IMG/VR virus record: IMGVR_UViG_3300017739_000006 | Reading direction: 5' to 3' (one strand) | Origin: a virus | DNA length: 64,000 nt | Part shown: in pieces, positions 35,769-44,129 of the stretch | How positions within the stretch are numbered: position 1 is the first letter of the stretch | Layout of the letters: every line of letters starts with the position of its first letter | Notes under the pieces: generated by a model | What the model was told of the DNA's origin: nothing | The model's database searches: none | What the model saw: only the letters and a program-made list of their open reading frames with translations | Made by a program: the position numbers and the translations under genes

Positions 35769-36450
35769 TGTCCTATTGGCGACATTGTTGAGTTTGAGTT
35801 TACCTGTAGCAGCAAACCCTTTACCAAAACCTATTGAAGGTAAAATTACTAAAGGGTGGTTTACAAATGATGCTATGGGATGTATGCTCCTACAGGAGTG
35901 TACTGAAGATGTAAAGAGAGTCCGTAATACGGACGATGTACAAAAGATTTTTTCTAACCAAAACTTCAATACAGTTAGAGAAGAGTTTAATAGTCTATCA
36001 AGATCATTTGACAAATTAGGAATTAACGTTTATATTGCAAGTCCAAAGTATTTTCCTGTTGGACATAGAGGTGTTTACCATACTGTGAGTAATCATTTCT
36101 ATCTAAATGAGGCACACGTCAGTCGTCCTAATGTGTTTATGGCAGTAGTCAGGCACGAAGGTTGGCACGCTGCTCAGGATTGTATGGCAGGTACCCTTAA
36201 CAATTCATTGATCGCTATTATTCACCCAGAGGACCAAGTTCCTAAAATGTGGCAGAATATGGCAGAGAAAACGTATTTCCAACAACCCTCGGCAATCCCT
36301 TGGGAAAAGGAAGCGTTTTGGGCAGGGCACACAGAGGGTATGACTGCACAAGCACTTAAAGTCTGTGCATCATCTACTCCTATGTGGGAACATTACTCAC
36401 CCACTCCTCTCACAAGGAAGTGGTTACTCAAAAACAAATACATTAAATGA
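35761..36450 (+). CDS. Secreted-type protein with HExxH zinc-peptidase motif
   Basis: Signal peptide; VRHEGWHAAQDC; later EKEA. Confidence 0.65.
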   Translation: MRNVLLATLLSLSLPVAANPLPKPIEGKITKGWFTNDAMGCMLLQECTEDVKRVRNTDDVQKIFSNQNFNTVREEFNSLSRSFDKLGINVYIASPKYFPVGHRGVYHTVSNHFYLNEAHVSRPNVFMAVVRHEGWHAAQDCMAGTLNNSLIAIIHPEDQVPKMWQNMAEKTYFQQPSAIPWEKEAFWAGHTEGMTAQALKVCASSTPMWEHYSPTPLTRKWLLKNKYIK

Positions 36451-36605
36451 ATTGTTGGCATTGCCAAACTGAGTTAATCTGGGGAGGTGACCATAGTCTC
36501 GATGAAGAAGACTATCCAGTCACCTCGTCGGAGTATTCTATGGTCACTAATCTGAGTTGTCCTAAGTGCAACTCATTTGTTGAAGTTTATTATCCACATC
36601 AATGA
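36447..36605 (+). CDS. Small zinc-ribbon protein, 52 aa
   Basis: CWHC...CPKC. Confidence 0.65.
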   Translation: MNCWHCQTELIWGGDHSLDEEDYPVTSSEYSMVTNLSCPKCNSFVEVYYPHQ

Positions 36606-36760
36606 AGAAAAAGCATTTTCATCAAGTGAAAGCATCACCTTACTACGTTTTCTGGGGTATTTGTACTGTTGCTGTTGTAGCAGGACAAATTTATATTGGC
36701 AGCGGTTATCACCGTATGTCAGAGAGTTTTAATAACTATGTTGAGTCACTTGCTAAATAA
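36602..36760 (+). CDS. Small membrane protein, 52 aa
   Basis: YVFWGICTVAVVAGQIYIG; ATGA coupling. Confidence 0.6.
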   Translation: MKKKHFHQVKASPYYVFWGICTVAVVAGQIYIGSGYHRMSESFNNYVESLAK

Positions 36761-36778
36761 TAAAAACTATATATCGCT

Positions 36779-39235
36779 GTGAGTTTAACTGCTGCTGTCG
36801 GAAAATCTGATGTAATGGGACGCGACGGGTTCACTTGGTGGATCGGAGAAGTCGAGTCTATTAAAGATCCTCAGATGATCGGTAGGGTCAAGGTGCGTAT
36901 TGTCGGTTGGTACACTGGTGCTGGCGGTGAATCGTATCTTGATAAAGTCCCTACTGAAGATTTACCGTGGGCAGTTGTTATGCTTCCTACAGATCAGGCA
37001 GGTATCAAGAATACTGGTACTAAGACTGAACTGCAGGTTGGTGCACAGGTTCTAGGTTTCTTTTTAGATGGTGAAGAAGCACAACTTCCTGTTGTGATGG
37101 GATCCCTCCGTGGATTCCGTGGTATGAGTAATCCTAAAAGTGGAGATACTACACCTACGTCAGATGAGAAGATCAGTGCAACTACTATTGCATCTAATGA
37201 TGAGGCATTATCTGATGATGAAATGCCTCCTGCATCAAAAGATGTAAAAGGACAAGTTGCACACCAAGGTACTTCATTTAACGTAGATCCAAGTCAACAG
37301 GTTGGTGACGAGGGTGGTGGTGAAGAAAAGTCTAGAGGATTGTTGTCAATCCTAGAGCAACAAACACCTGGAAATCCATATACAAACCCTACTAAGGTTC
37401 CAGCAGAAGCACAAGGTGTTGCTGATGGAGCGGTCGGTCCAAGTGGGGACGGTTTTGAAAAAGACCTTGAAAGAATGCTGACAGAGTTCGGCAATCTTAG
37501 CGGCACACTCGCGACTGACTTAAATGGTAATCTCACTTCATTGATTACTGGTAAGAAGGTTTTTAACGATGTGATGAATGAATCGATGGCAGGTATCAAG
37601 AACTATGTTTCTTCTGCTATGACTGGTATCCTAAGTTCCTTGAAACAGATGCTTGCAAAAGGCATCGAGGCAATTATGGATAAGATTATGTCTGCTATTA
37701 GTAATGTTGTCCCTACAGGAGTTATCTCTTCAATCCTAACACTTGCAGACTTCATTACCAACTTGTTCTGTAACTTCGAAGCAAATTATATTATCAAAGG
37801 ACTTCAGGGTGCACTTGGAGATATTAGTGGATTCGCCAGTGATATTGCAGGTAAGGTAGTTACTAAAGTTGTCGGTGGTTTTGCTGATAAAGTTACTGAT
37901 ACAGTCAACGCAGTTATTGGTAAGGTTCAAGGTGCTATTGGTAAAGTTTCTGGAGTTGCTAATAAGATCACATCAGCACTTGCTATGGCAAAGAAGGCAA
38001 CTGGTGTTGCTCGTAATATCAAAGATAAACTAGATACTCTTTTTGAATTTGATTTCTCTAAGTTAAACTTCCAATCACTCGTTTCAATCATTCTTGGTAT
38101 CCTTGCAGCACTGTTTGGAAACAAGGATTGCGGGAGGAAGATTAAACGACCGAAAATTAAATTCTGGATGCCCTTGTTGGGTACAACGACGTGTGCTAGT
38201 GTTCCAGACTTCTTAGAAGAAGAAGTTACTGTTTATACTGGTGGTGGAAAAAACAATAAGAAGAAGGGAAGTTACCTCAGTAATCTTTTCTCGGATATTG
38301 ATGTATATGCTACACAAGCAGAATCATTCTTGAATGGTGCAAAAACTATTCAAGATAACACCCCAGGAAAAGAGAAAACTATTGTTCAGCACGCAGGTGG
38401 TCAGACTGTGATCGCCACCGTGATGGGTGACCAACATACAAACGTCCCTGGAAATGATACAAAGATCATTGGTAGAGATGATTGCAAGACTGTCAAGAAA
38501 AATAAAACTCTGACTGTTGAGGGTGATCTTAACCTCAAAGTTATGGGTGATTTCAACCTTGAGGTTGGTGGTGCATTCAATACTCACCTCTCACAAAATG
38601 TTGAGACAGATGAAAAGACTGGTGAACCTGCATCAGGTGCAAAGCAATCTAAAGCAGCACAAACATATTCATCAGATTATAACGTTGCTTATGAGGGTGA
38701 CTATCAGATTCAAGCAGCAAATATTAAATTGAATGCTCACAGTGAGTTGAGTTTAAACGCTTCAGCAATTAATAATAAGTGTACAACATTAATGAACACT
38801 GTTTCTGGTGAGATTATCAACGAGGCAGCGTGGAAGTCTGAGTTTATCAACAATGTTATTTTCCAGAACATTGGAATGACTAATGTGATCCCTGGATTGA
38901 CAGGTAGATGTACTTTGATGAAAGGTCTTGACCTTACTATCTGTGGATCAGGAGCAGGTACATCACCTCTCCCTGCTGCACACGTTCGTATTGCTGAGTG
39001 TACAGGACAACCTGGGGGTATGGTGGATCTAGTTACAGGTACAGGTGGTGGTCACTTGACTCTGGTTAAAACACCTAAAGGTGGTATCGGAGAATTCGTT
39101 ACAGGAGCAGGTGGTGCTATCCTAAACACTGTCAACAACGGTGCTATGGCATATACAGTTGGAACTGGAGTCTACACAGCAGGTTGTACAGGTGGTCTAG
39201 CACAGTTCGTTGGACTACCCATTATGCTGAATTAG
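36779..39235 (+). CDS. gp5: Baseplate hub/tail spike, gp5-like (no lysozyme domain evident)
   Basis: GFTWWIGEVE...GRVKVRIVG...LPWA...VLGFFLDGEEAQLPVVMG OB-fold; C-terminal beta-helix-like repeats. Confidence 0.88.
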   Translation: MSLTAAVGKSDVMGRDGFTWWIGEVESIKDPQMIGRVKVRIVGWYTGAGGESYLDKVPTEDLPWAVVMLPTDQAGIKNTGTKTELQVGAQVLGFFLDGEEAQLPVVMGSLRGFRGMSNPKSGDTTPTSDEKISATTIASNDEALSDDEMPPASKDVKGQVAHQGTSFNVDPSQQVGDEGGGEEKSRGLLSILEQQTPGNPYTNPTKVPAEAQGVADGAVGPSGDGFEKDLERMLTEFGNLSGTLATDLNGNLTSLITGKKVFNDVMNESMAGIKNYVSSAMTGILSSLKQMLAKGIEAIMDKIMSAISNVVPTGVISSILTLADFITNLFCNFEANYIIKGLQGALGDISGFASDIAGKVVTKVVGGFADKVTDTVNAVIGKVQGAIGKVSGVANKITSALAMAKKATGVARNIKDKLDTLFEFDFSKLNFQSLVSIILGILAALFGNKDCGRKIKRPKIKFWMPLLGTTTCASVPDFLEEEVTVYTGGGKNNKKKGSYLSNLFSDIDVYATQAESFLNGAKTIQDNTPGKEKTIVQHAGGQTVIATVMGDQHTNVPGNDTKIIGRDDCKTVKKNKTLTVEGDLNLKVMGDFNLEVGGAFNTHLSQNVETDEKTGEPASGAKQSKAAQTYSSDYNVAYEGDYQIQAANIKLNAHSELSLNASAINNKCTTLMNTVSGEIINEAAWKSEFINNVIFQNIGMTNVIPGLTGRCTLMKGLDLTICGSGAGTSPLPAAHVRIAECTGQPGGMVDLVTGTGGGHLTLVKTPKGGIGEFVTGAGGAILNTVNNGAMAYTVGTGVYTAGCTGGLAQFVGLPIMLN

Positions 39236-39265
39236 TGCTATACTAAGGTCAGTCACAAGAATTCA

Positions 39266-39421
39266 ATGCCTGCAAGGAAGTACGAAGTTCTCCTTCGTAG
39301 ACCAAACGGTCCAATCAAACGTGTTATAATTGACGAAGTGTTCTCTGCACAAGAGGCACGTCAAACCGCAGCATCTATGTATGGTCTGCAAGTTATCGAT
39401 TGCTATCCTACATACAAATGA
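39266..39421 (+). CDS. Hypothetical protein, 51 aa
   Basis: MPARKYEVLLRRPNG...; read by eye. Confidence 0.5.
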   Translation: MPARKYEVLLRRPNGPIKRVIIDEVFSAQEARQTAASMYGLQVIDCYPTYK

Positions 39422-39621
39422 CTGACGAGTACCTAGACCAATTGTACGTTGATTATGTTTGGATCAATTTTCCGAAACGCACCCTGTCCATACAAGTTAG
39501 TGATGGAAATATTGAAAAGATTCGGTATAAGTTCACCGAAGAAGGAGCAGAAGGATTCCGAGAATCCGTAACTAATGTCCAAGGGGCAGTTGACAACGAA
39601 TCTATTTGTTATTTACTATGA
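39418..39621 (+). CDS. Hypothetical protein
   Basis: ATGA coupling. Confidence 0.55.
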   Translation: MTDEYLDQLYVDYVWINFPKRTLSIQVSDGNIEKIRYKFTEEGAEGFRESVTNVQGAVDNESICYLL

Positions 39622-39764
39622 TCCATCACTACAACGCTGATCCAAATATCACATTTCCGATCTCCATTATGGTTATCGTTGTGATCTTTGTTTTCTATGG
39701 CGTCTACAAAGGATTCTTTGATAACGAGGGACTTGACGATCCATTTGATGACCACGATGATTAA
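39618..39764 (+). CDS. psbN: PsbN-like protein, 48 aa
   Basis: Single TM helix followed by YKGF...LDDPFDDHDD, matching the PsbN C-terminal L.DPFEEHED pattern; missed by the ORF track. Confidence 0.7.
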   Translation: MIHHYNADPNITFPISIMVIVVIFVFYGVYKGFFDNEGLDDPFDDHDD

Positions 39765-39769
39765 AACCT

Positions 39770-40033
39770 ATGATTAGAGTTACTATCGACGAAGCACAAG
39801 AAAATTTTGATTTCTTGTTCAAACTTGTTGAACGCGGTGAGAATGTTCTCATCGAAGCACCTAAAGGTAATGTTGTTATGACACAAGTTGCCCCAGGGCG
39901 CACTATTGGTTCTGAAGTAGATTCACTTCTTAATGAAGAAGAACAACTACCCAATATGGACAACTTACCTAGCGAAGGAGCACTTGGTGCACACGTTGCA
40001 CAAGAGACTGCTGCCGCTCATAAGATGCTGTGA
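39770..40033 (+). CDS. Phd/YefM antitoxin-like protein
   Basis: VTIDEAQENFDFLFKLVERGENVLI pattern. Confidence 0.5.
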   Translation: MIRVTIDEAQENFDFLFKLVERGENVLIEAPKGNVVMTQVAPGRTIGSEVDSLLNEEEQLPNMDNLPSEGALGAHVAQETAAAHKML

Positions 40034-40467
40034 CCGAGATTGAAGAATTAAAGTCACTGTTGTTTCATCCTTGGGAAAACAAACAACAAGCACAGAACTC
40101 TCCATCTCATTTCTCCCACGTTCACTATCAGTTCTGGGAAGAAGATGGAGAGATTCATTCTGCTCAATGGTATGACTGGAATGGAGAAATGTACCGAGAG
40201 CGTAATCACAAACTCTTGGACAAAGGTAATCACATTGAGTTGCAAACCTTTCGCAAGGATAATACTCAAGAACCTAGTATGCTCTTCACTAAGGTAGGGA
40301 AGGGTGGTTTCTGTGGTAGAACTGAACAGGATGCTAAGAATAGCAGAGGTGAAGACGTATATTCTTACGTCACTGTGACTGCTGAAGAATTTACATCTAT
40401 TGATAAAGGTACGACGTGGGGTAAAACTCCAGGACCATTCATTTTCAAAAGAAAATATATAGATTAG
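40030..40467 (+). CDS. cpeT: CpeT/CpcT-like bilin lyase, copy 1
   Basis: WENKQQAQ.SP..FSHVHY, QWYDW...YRER.H, WG..PGPF.F. Confidence 0.7.
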   Translation: MTEIEELKSLLFHPWENKQQAQNSPSHFSHVHYQFWEEDGEIHSAQWYDWNGEMYRERNHKLLDKGNHIELQTFRKDNTQEPSMLFTKVGKGGFCGRTEQDAKNSRGEDVYSYVTVTAEEFTSIDKGTTWGKTPGPFIFKRKYID

Positions 40468-40471
40468 ATCT

Positions 40472-40906
40472 ATGAAAAAGTTTCTTGATCACTTAGTCCA
40501 CCACTGGCATAACATCAAGCAATGTCAACTCAACCCGACTTCATTTGCTTATGTACATTATGAGTGGTACTACGAAGATGACGTATTGAAAACTAAACAG
40601 TGGTATGACTGGAATGGTGATGTATATCGCCAGAGAGAACATAAAATTGTTATTGATAATGATCAACTAATCCTACAAACTTTCAAAGATGGAATCAACG
40701 TCAGTGATATGACGTTCACAGAAGTCCAAGATCGTGTTTGGGTCGGTAAATCTGAAAGGATTGACGAACAAGGTAGGAGAGTTGAAACCAAGGCAAGACT
40801 TACTAAAGACTCTTGGGAAACGTCTGACAAAGGGTGGGACAAATCAGGAACTCTTCTATGGGGATCAGAAAAAGGACCTTTTGAGTTTGTAAAATGTACA
40901 CGGTAA
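40472..40906 (+). CDS. cpeT: CpeT/CpcT-like bilin lyase, copy 2
   Basis: WHNIKQCQ.NP..FAYVHY, QWYDW...YRQR.H, DKGWD...LWGSEKGPFEF. Confidence 0.75.
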   Translation: MKKFLDHLVHHWHNIKQCQLNPTSFAYVHYEWYYEDDVLKTKQWYDWNGDVYRQREHKIVIDNDQLILQTFKDGINVSDMTFTEVQDRVWVGKSERIDEQGRRVETKARLTKDSWETSDKGWDKSGTLLWGSEKGPFEFVKCTR

Positions 40907-41151
40907 ATTCAGATTTTAGACTTATTCACGGACAAGGTGTCGTCAAGATGTGGTACATCAATGGCATCCCCTTTACGTTTGATGAAGTTGATCGACCAAC
41001 TCCTGAGTTAATAGATGAATGTACTGAAAAAATGTGCTATACTATGGAGGAACTTTATAGGCACTCCCAATACCTCATTATGGAATCTTGCCACCCTATC
41101 GTCTTTGAGTTGACAGACGTGGTAAGATGTGAAGAGGAATTGCCATTTTAA
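40894..41151 (+). CDS. Conserved cyanophage hypothetical protein
   Basis: WYINGIPFTFDE...ESCHP. Confidence 0.6.
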   Translation: MYTVNSDFRLIHGQGVVKMWYINGIPFTFDEVDRPTPELIDECTEKMCYTMEELYRHSQYLIMESCHPIVFELTDVVRCEEELPF

Positions 41152-41153
41152 TA

Positions 41154-41354
41154 ATGCCACACTACAAACCTTATTCACCAGAATGGAACAGGAGACGCTA
41201 CTTACAGGAAGCGTTAGACTCCTACATCAACGATGACGTTGATAACGATGACATTTTGTCAGACATTCTTGGTATCCTTTCAGATCGATCAGAGTCAGCG
41301 TACGCTGAATTCCAGAAGGTTGATGCCTTGAAAGAGATACTCGGTTCTAAATAA
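41154..41354 (+). CDS. Conserved cyanophage hypothetical protein
   Basis: YKPYSPEWNRRRYL. Confidence 0.6.
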   Translation: MPHYKPYSPEWNRRRYLQEALDSYINDDVDNDDILSDILGILSDRSESAYAEFQKVDALKEILGSK

Positions 41355-41372
41355 TCAAAACGCTCGTAGACA

Positions 41373-41684
41373 ATGCTCTCAACTGCTTACCGACTTCGAC
41401 TCGAAGGGATCTGTAAGAAAATCTCCAAAGGAGAAGAAGTATCAATCTCAGATATGATCTGGGCAGAGAAATTATCAAAGAGTCATACAACTGCCCGAGA
41501 GTGGATGCGTCAGGCACGACGAGCATCCAAAGGGATCGATGAAGGCAGTACCGATGATTTTCTGAATAGGATGGGGTTAGGTGAACCAGACCCATCCGAT
41601 ACAAGAACAGGGTTCACCGACGCTGATGACATCAATGATTGGTTTCATCACGATAAACCAGATGATTGGAGACAGAGAGATTGA
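41373..41684 (+). CDS. Conserved cyanophage hypothetical protein
   Basis: MLSTAYRLRLEGICKKI...DDFLNRMGLG...KPDDWRQRD. Confidence 0.7.
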   Translation: MLSTAYRLRLEGICKKISKGEEVSISDMIWAEKLSKSHTTAREWMRQARRASKGIDEGSTDDFLNRMGLGEPDPSDTRTGFTDADDINDWFHHDKPDDWRQRD

Positions 41685-41692
41685 GTAGTAAG

Positions 41693-41980
41693 ATGATGTT
41701 CTTGGTTGACACTGGTGATGGTAGGTGTGTCAGTCACGATGGTTACATCCAACTCGGTAGTTTCTCTCATACTGTAGAGAAACATCTCGAACTATGTCCT
41801 GATCAAGAATGGCAAGTTACCTACTGGATGCCTGACCCGTTCTATATGAGGTATAAAAGACCAAACTATCAACATACTATGAAGGCAAACGAAGGTTCTC
41901 CTAGAACTGACAATGCTACTGATAGTAGACCAAGGGATTTCCCAGACCAAGCAACAACCAGATTAGAGAGAACATTATGA
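41693..41980 (+). CDS. Conserved cyanophage hypothetical protein
   Basis: EKHLELCPDQEWQVTYWMPDPF; start uncertain. Confidence 0.6.
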   Translation: MMFLVDTGDGRCVSHDGYIQLGSFSHTVEKHLELCPDQEWQVTYWMPDPFYMRYKRPNYQHTMKANEGSPRTDNATDSRPRDFPDQATTRLERTL

Positions 41981-42210
41981 CAAAACCTGTTGAAAATTAC
42001 GAGCAACTTATTGCTCGCTTTACTAAACGTAAAGAACAACTGTCTGCTAGACAAGATGACCTACAAGGTTGGTATGAAGAGTATATAAAGAATGAGAACG
42101 CTCTGACAAGATTGGAAGGTTCTCTACAAGCAATCGAATACGTTGCCTTTGGCAAAATGCCTGGGGACGGTAACCACGATAAATTCAAAGACCACAAACC
42201 ACAGAACTAA
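41977..42210 (+). CDS. Hypothetical coiled-coil protein
   Basis: ORF track. Confidence 0.55.
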   Translation: MTKPVENYEQLIARFTKRKEQLSARQDDLQGWYEEYIKNENALTRLEGSLQAIEYVAFGKMPGDGNHDKFKDHKPQN

Positions 42211-42498
42211 ATGCTATCACTTCTATTCACAGCAGCAGGTGTGTTGAACTTGTTCTTCTACATCTTCGCAGTTGGATTCGTAATATCACTACTGTTAGAA
42301 CAGTGGTTGAAATACAGACCTTTCTCTGCTTTTAAAGAGGTAAACGAGAGGAATAATTTTATAGTCCAGACGAATAGGAAATATTGCTGGAGACAAGCGT
42401 GGGTAACCAATCTAATGTGGTTCACTTGTAATGTAGTTTTGTATATTGTTTCAAGAAATATGCAATCACCATCAGATACATTCTGGAATGGTTTGTAA
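42211..42498 (+). CDS. Membrane hypothetical protein
   Basis: Two TM segments; RKYCWRQAW. Confidence 0.6.
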   Translation: MLSLLFTAAGVLNLFFYIFAVGFVISLLLEQWLKYRPFSAFKEVNERNNFIVQTNRKYCWRQAWVTNLMWFTCNVVLYIVSRNMQSPSDTFWNGL

Positions 42499-42529
42499 GG
42501 GTAAATAGTAGTATCTTAAAAGGCGACAG

Positions 42530-42769
42530 ATGAGTCATCCGAATGCAGTTTTGTACAGCAATGGTTCACAAGAGTGCGAGAGAGCAGAACAGTTCCTTCA
42601 ATCTCAAGATTTCGACTTTCAAACATATCAACTAAATCATCACTTTACACAACGAGCATTTGAGAATGAATTTGGAGAGGGTGCATCGTACCCTCAAATT
42701 TCTATCGGATCCAAGCATATTGGTAGTCTGAAAGAGACGCTTCAAGACCTCTACCTGCAACGTGTATAA
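42530..42769 (+). CDS. Glutaredoxin-like protein lacking CxxC
   Basis: VLYS...QEC, FGEGASYPQI.IG..HIG. Confidence 0.7.
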   Translation: MSHPNAVLYSNGSQECERAEQFLQSQDFDFQTYQLNHHFTQRAFENEFGEGASYPQISIGSKHIGSLKETLQDLYLQRV

Positions 42770-42772
42770 ATA
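42765..42772 (+). promoter_or_regulatory. Late promoter TATAAATA
   Basis: Exact consensus upstream of the structural genes. Confidence 0.75.
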
Positions 42773-42800
42773 AGATTGTATAAAAAAGCGCCTGAGTCAA

Positions 42801-44126
42801 GTGGGAACAAAAAGAATTTCACAATTAGAAACTCTGGCAGATGCCGTTTTGACGGGAGAAGCGATTCTTCCCGTTGTGATTTCTGACCCGCTGATACCGA
42901 ATAGAAAAGCAAAAATAAATCAACTTTTCAAAGGTGTATCCGCAGGAAGTCAGTCCCAACCTGGACTTTCGTTCGATTTGGATAGGGACACAGGACTATA
43001 CCAGAATTCATATAATGAGATTGGTATTGCTTTTGGTACATCAAGTATGTACTATAGAAAGCAACCAAACGCTGACGGTTCTGCTACGATTCGAATGATC
43101 GCTGGAGATACTACATCTTCCAACGTTAATATCGATATGCGTCCACAGGGATCTGGTAGATTCCTAGTGAATGGACCTGCTGAGTTCCAAGATGTCAACC
43201 TGCTTATTGCAGATGACCAGAACCCAGATAAGAAAGCAAAATTTGAAATCTCTGGTGTTTCAACTGGTGCAGGTATTCGTACCTTCGCACTTCCAAGCAC
43301 AGGTAGTTTTACATCAACAACTCTTTTAGGTAACGATACTGCACAGACTATCAGTAACAAGACGATCATCATCAAAGATGGCGACTTGAGAATTACTGGT
43401 TCATCTGACACTAGTAAGATTGCTCTATTTGAGTGTGACTCTTGGGAATCCCCTGGAACTCACCTCTATAGACTTCCTGATTATGGTGCAGGTGTTGCAC
43501 AATCAACACTTCTTGATACTGTTACCGAACAGAATGTTAGTAACAAAAACTTCATTAACCCCTCAATTAGTAATATTGAGTCTGGTGATGCTAATAATCC
43601 GACACCACAAGTCACATTCCAATCTGGTGATGTAACTTCTGATCGTATTGTTACTTTCCCTGACCAGTCACTTACAGTTGCAGGTACTGAATCAACTCAG
43701 GTATTCAAAAACAAAGAATACGCTGATCCTAGATTTGCAGACGCAACTGACGTTACCAAACGTATCCAGTTCGATCTATCTGCTATTTCTGGAACAACTC
43801 TTTTACGTTATGCGTTCCCACATAATAATCTGAATGTTCCTATCTCATCTAATAACGTAGTTGTTACTGAGAAAGCACAACAGGTTATCGAGAACAAATC
43901 TGTGGTAGGTCTTCAACTAATCAGTGGAGACAACGATCAGAACAAGATCAATTTTGTGCTAGATAATGTAGAAGGAACACGTTCTATCAGATTCCCGAAT
44001 GCTGATGCAACGTTACTTTCAACCGAAAACGTTACGACACTTGGTGTTAGTTTCGGTGGTTCAATTTCTGCTCCTGATCTTGGTGGCAGACTAAGATTAC
44101 AACAACACTTTTTCTCAGGTTTCTAA
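42801..44126 (+). CDS. Virion structural / tail-fibre-associated protein
   Basis: GTG start, KRISQL, PGLSFDLDRDTG, repeated RxxxFPD...TLL..QxxxNK units. Confidence 0.7.
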   Translation: MGTKRISQLETLADAVLTGEAILPVVISDPLIPNRKAKINQLFKGVSAGSQSQPGLSFDLDRDTGLYQNSYNEIGIAFGTSSMYYRKQPNADGSATIRMIAGDTTSSNVNIDMRPQGSGRFLVNGPAEFQDVNLLIADDQNPDKKAKFEISGVSTGAGIRTFALPSTGSFTSTTLLGNDTAQTISNKTIIIKDGDLRITGSSDTSKIALFECDSWESPGTHLYRLPDYGAGVAQSTLLDTVTEQNVSNKNFINPSISNIESGDANNPTPQVTFQSGDVTSDRIVTFPDQSLTVAGTESTQVFKNKEYADPRFADATDVTKRIQFDLSAISGTTLLRYAFPHNNLNVPISSNNVVVTEKAQQVIENKSVVGLQLISGDNDQNKINFVLDNVEGTRSIRFPNADATLLSTENVTTLGVSFGGSISAPDLGGRLRLQQHFFSGF

Positions 44127-44129
44127 AAA

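Noticed and set aside
42530-42769. Second glutaredoxin as an active redoxin
   Set aside because: It lacks CxxC, and such degenerate grx-like genes are common in these phages, so no special claim is made.
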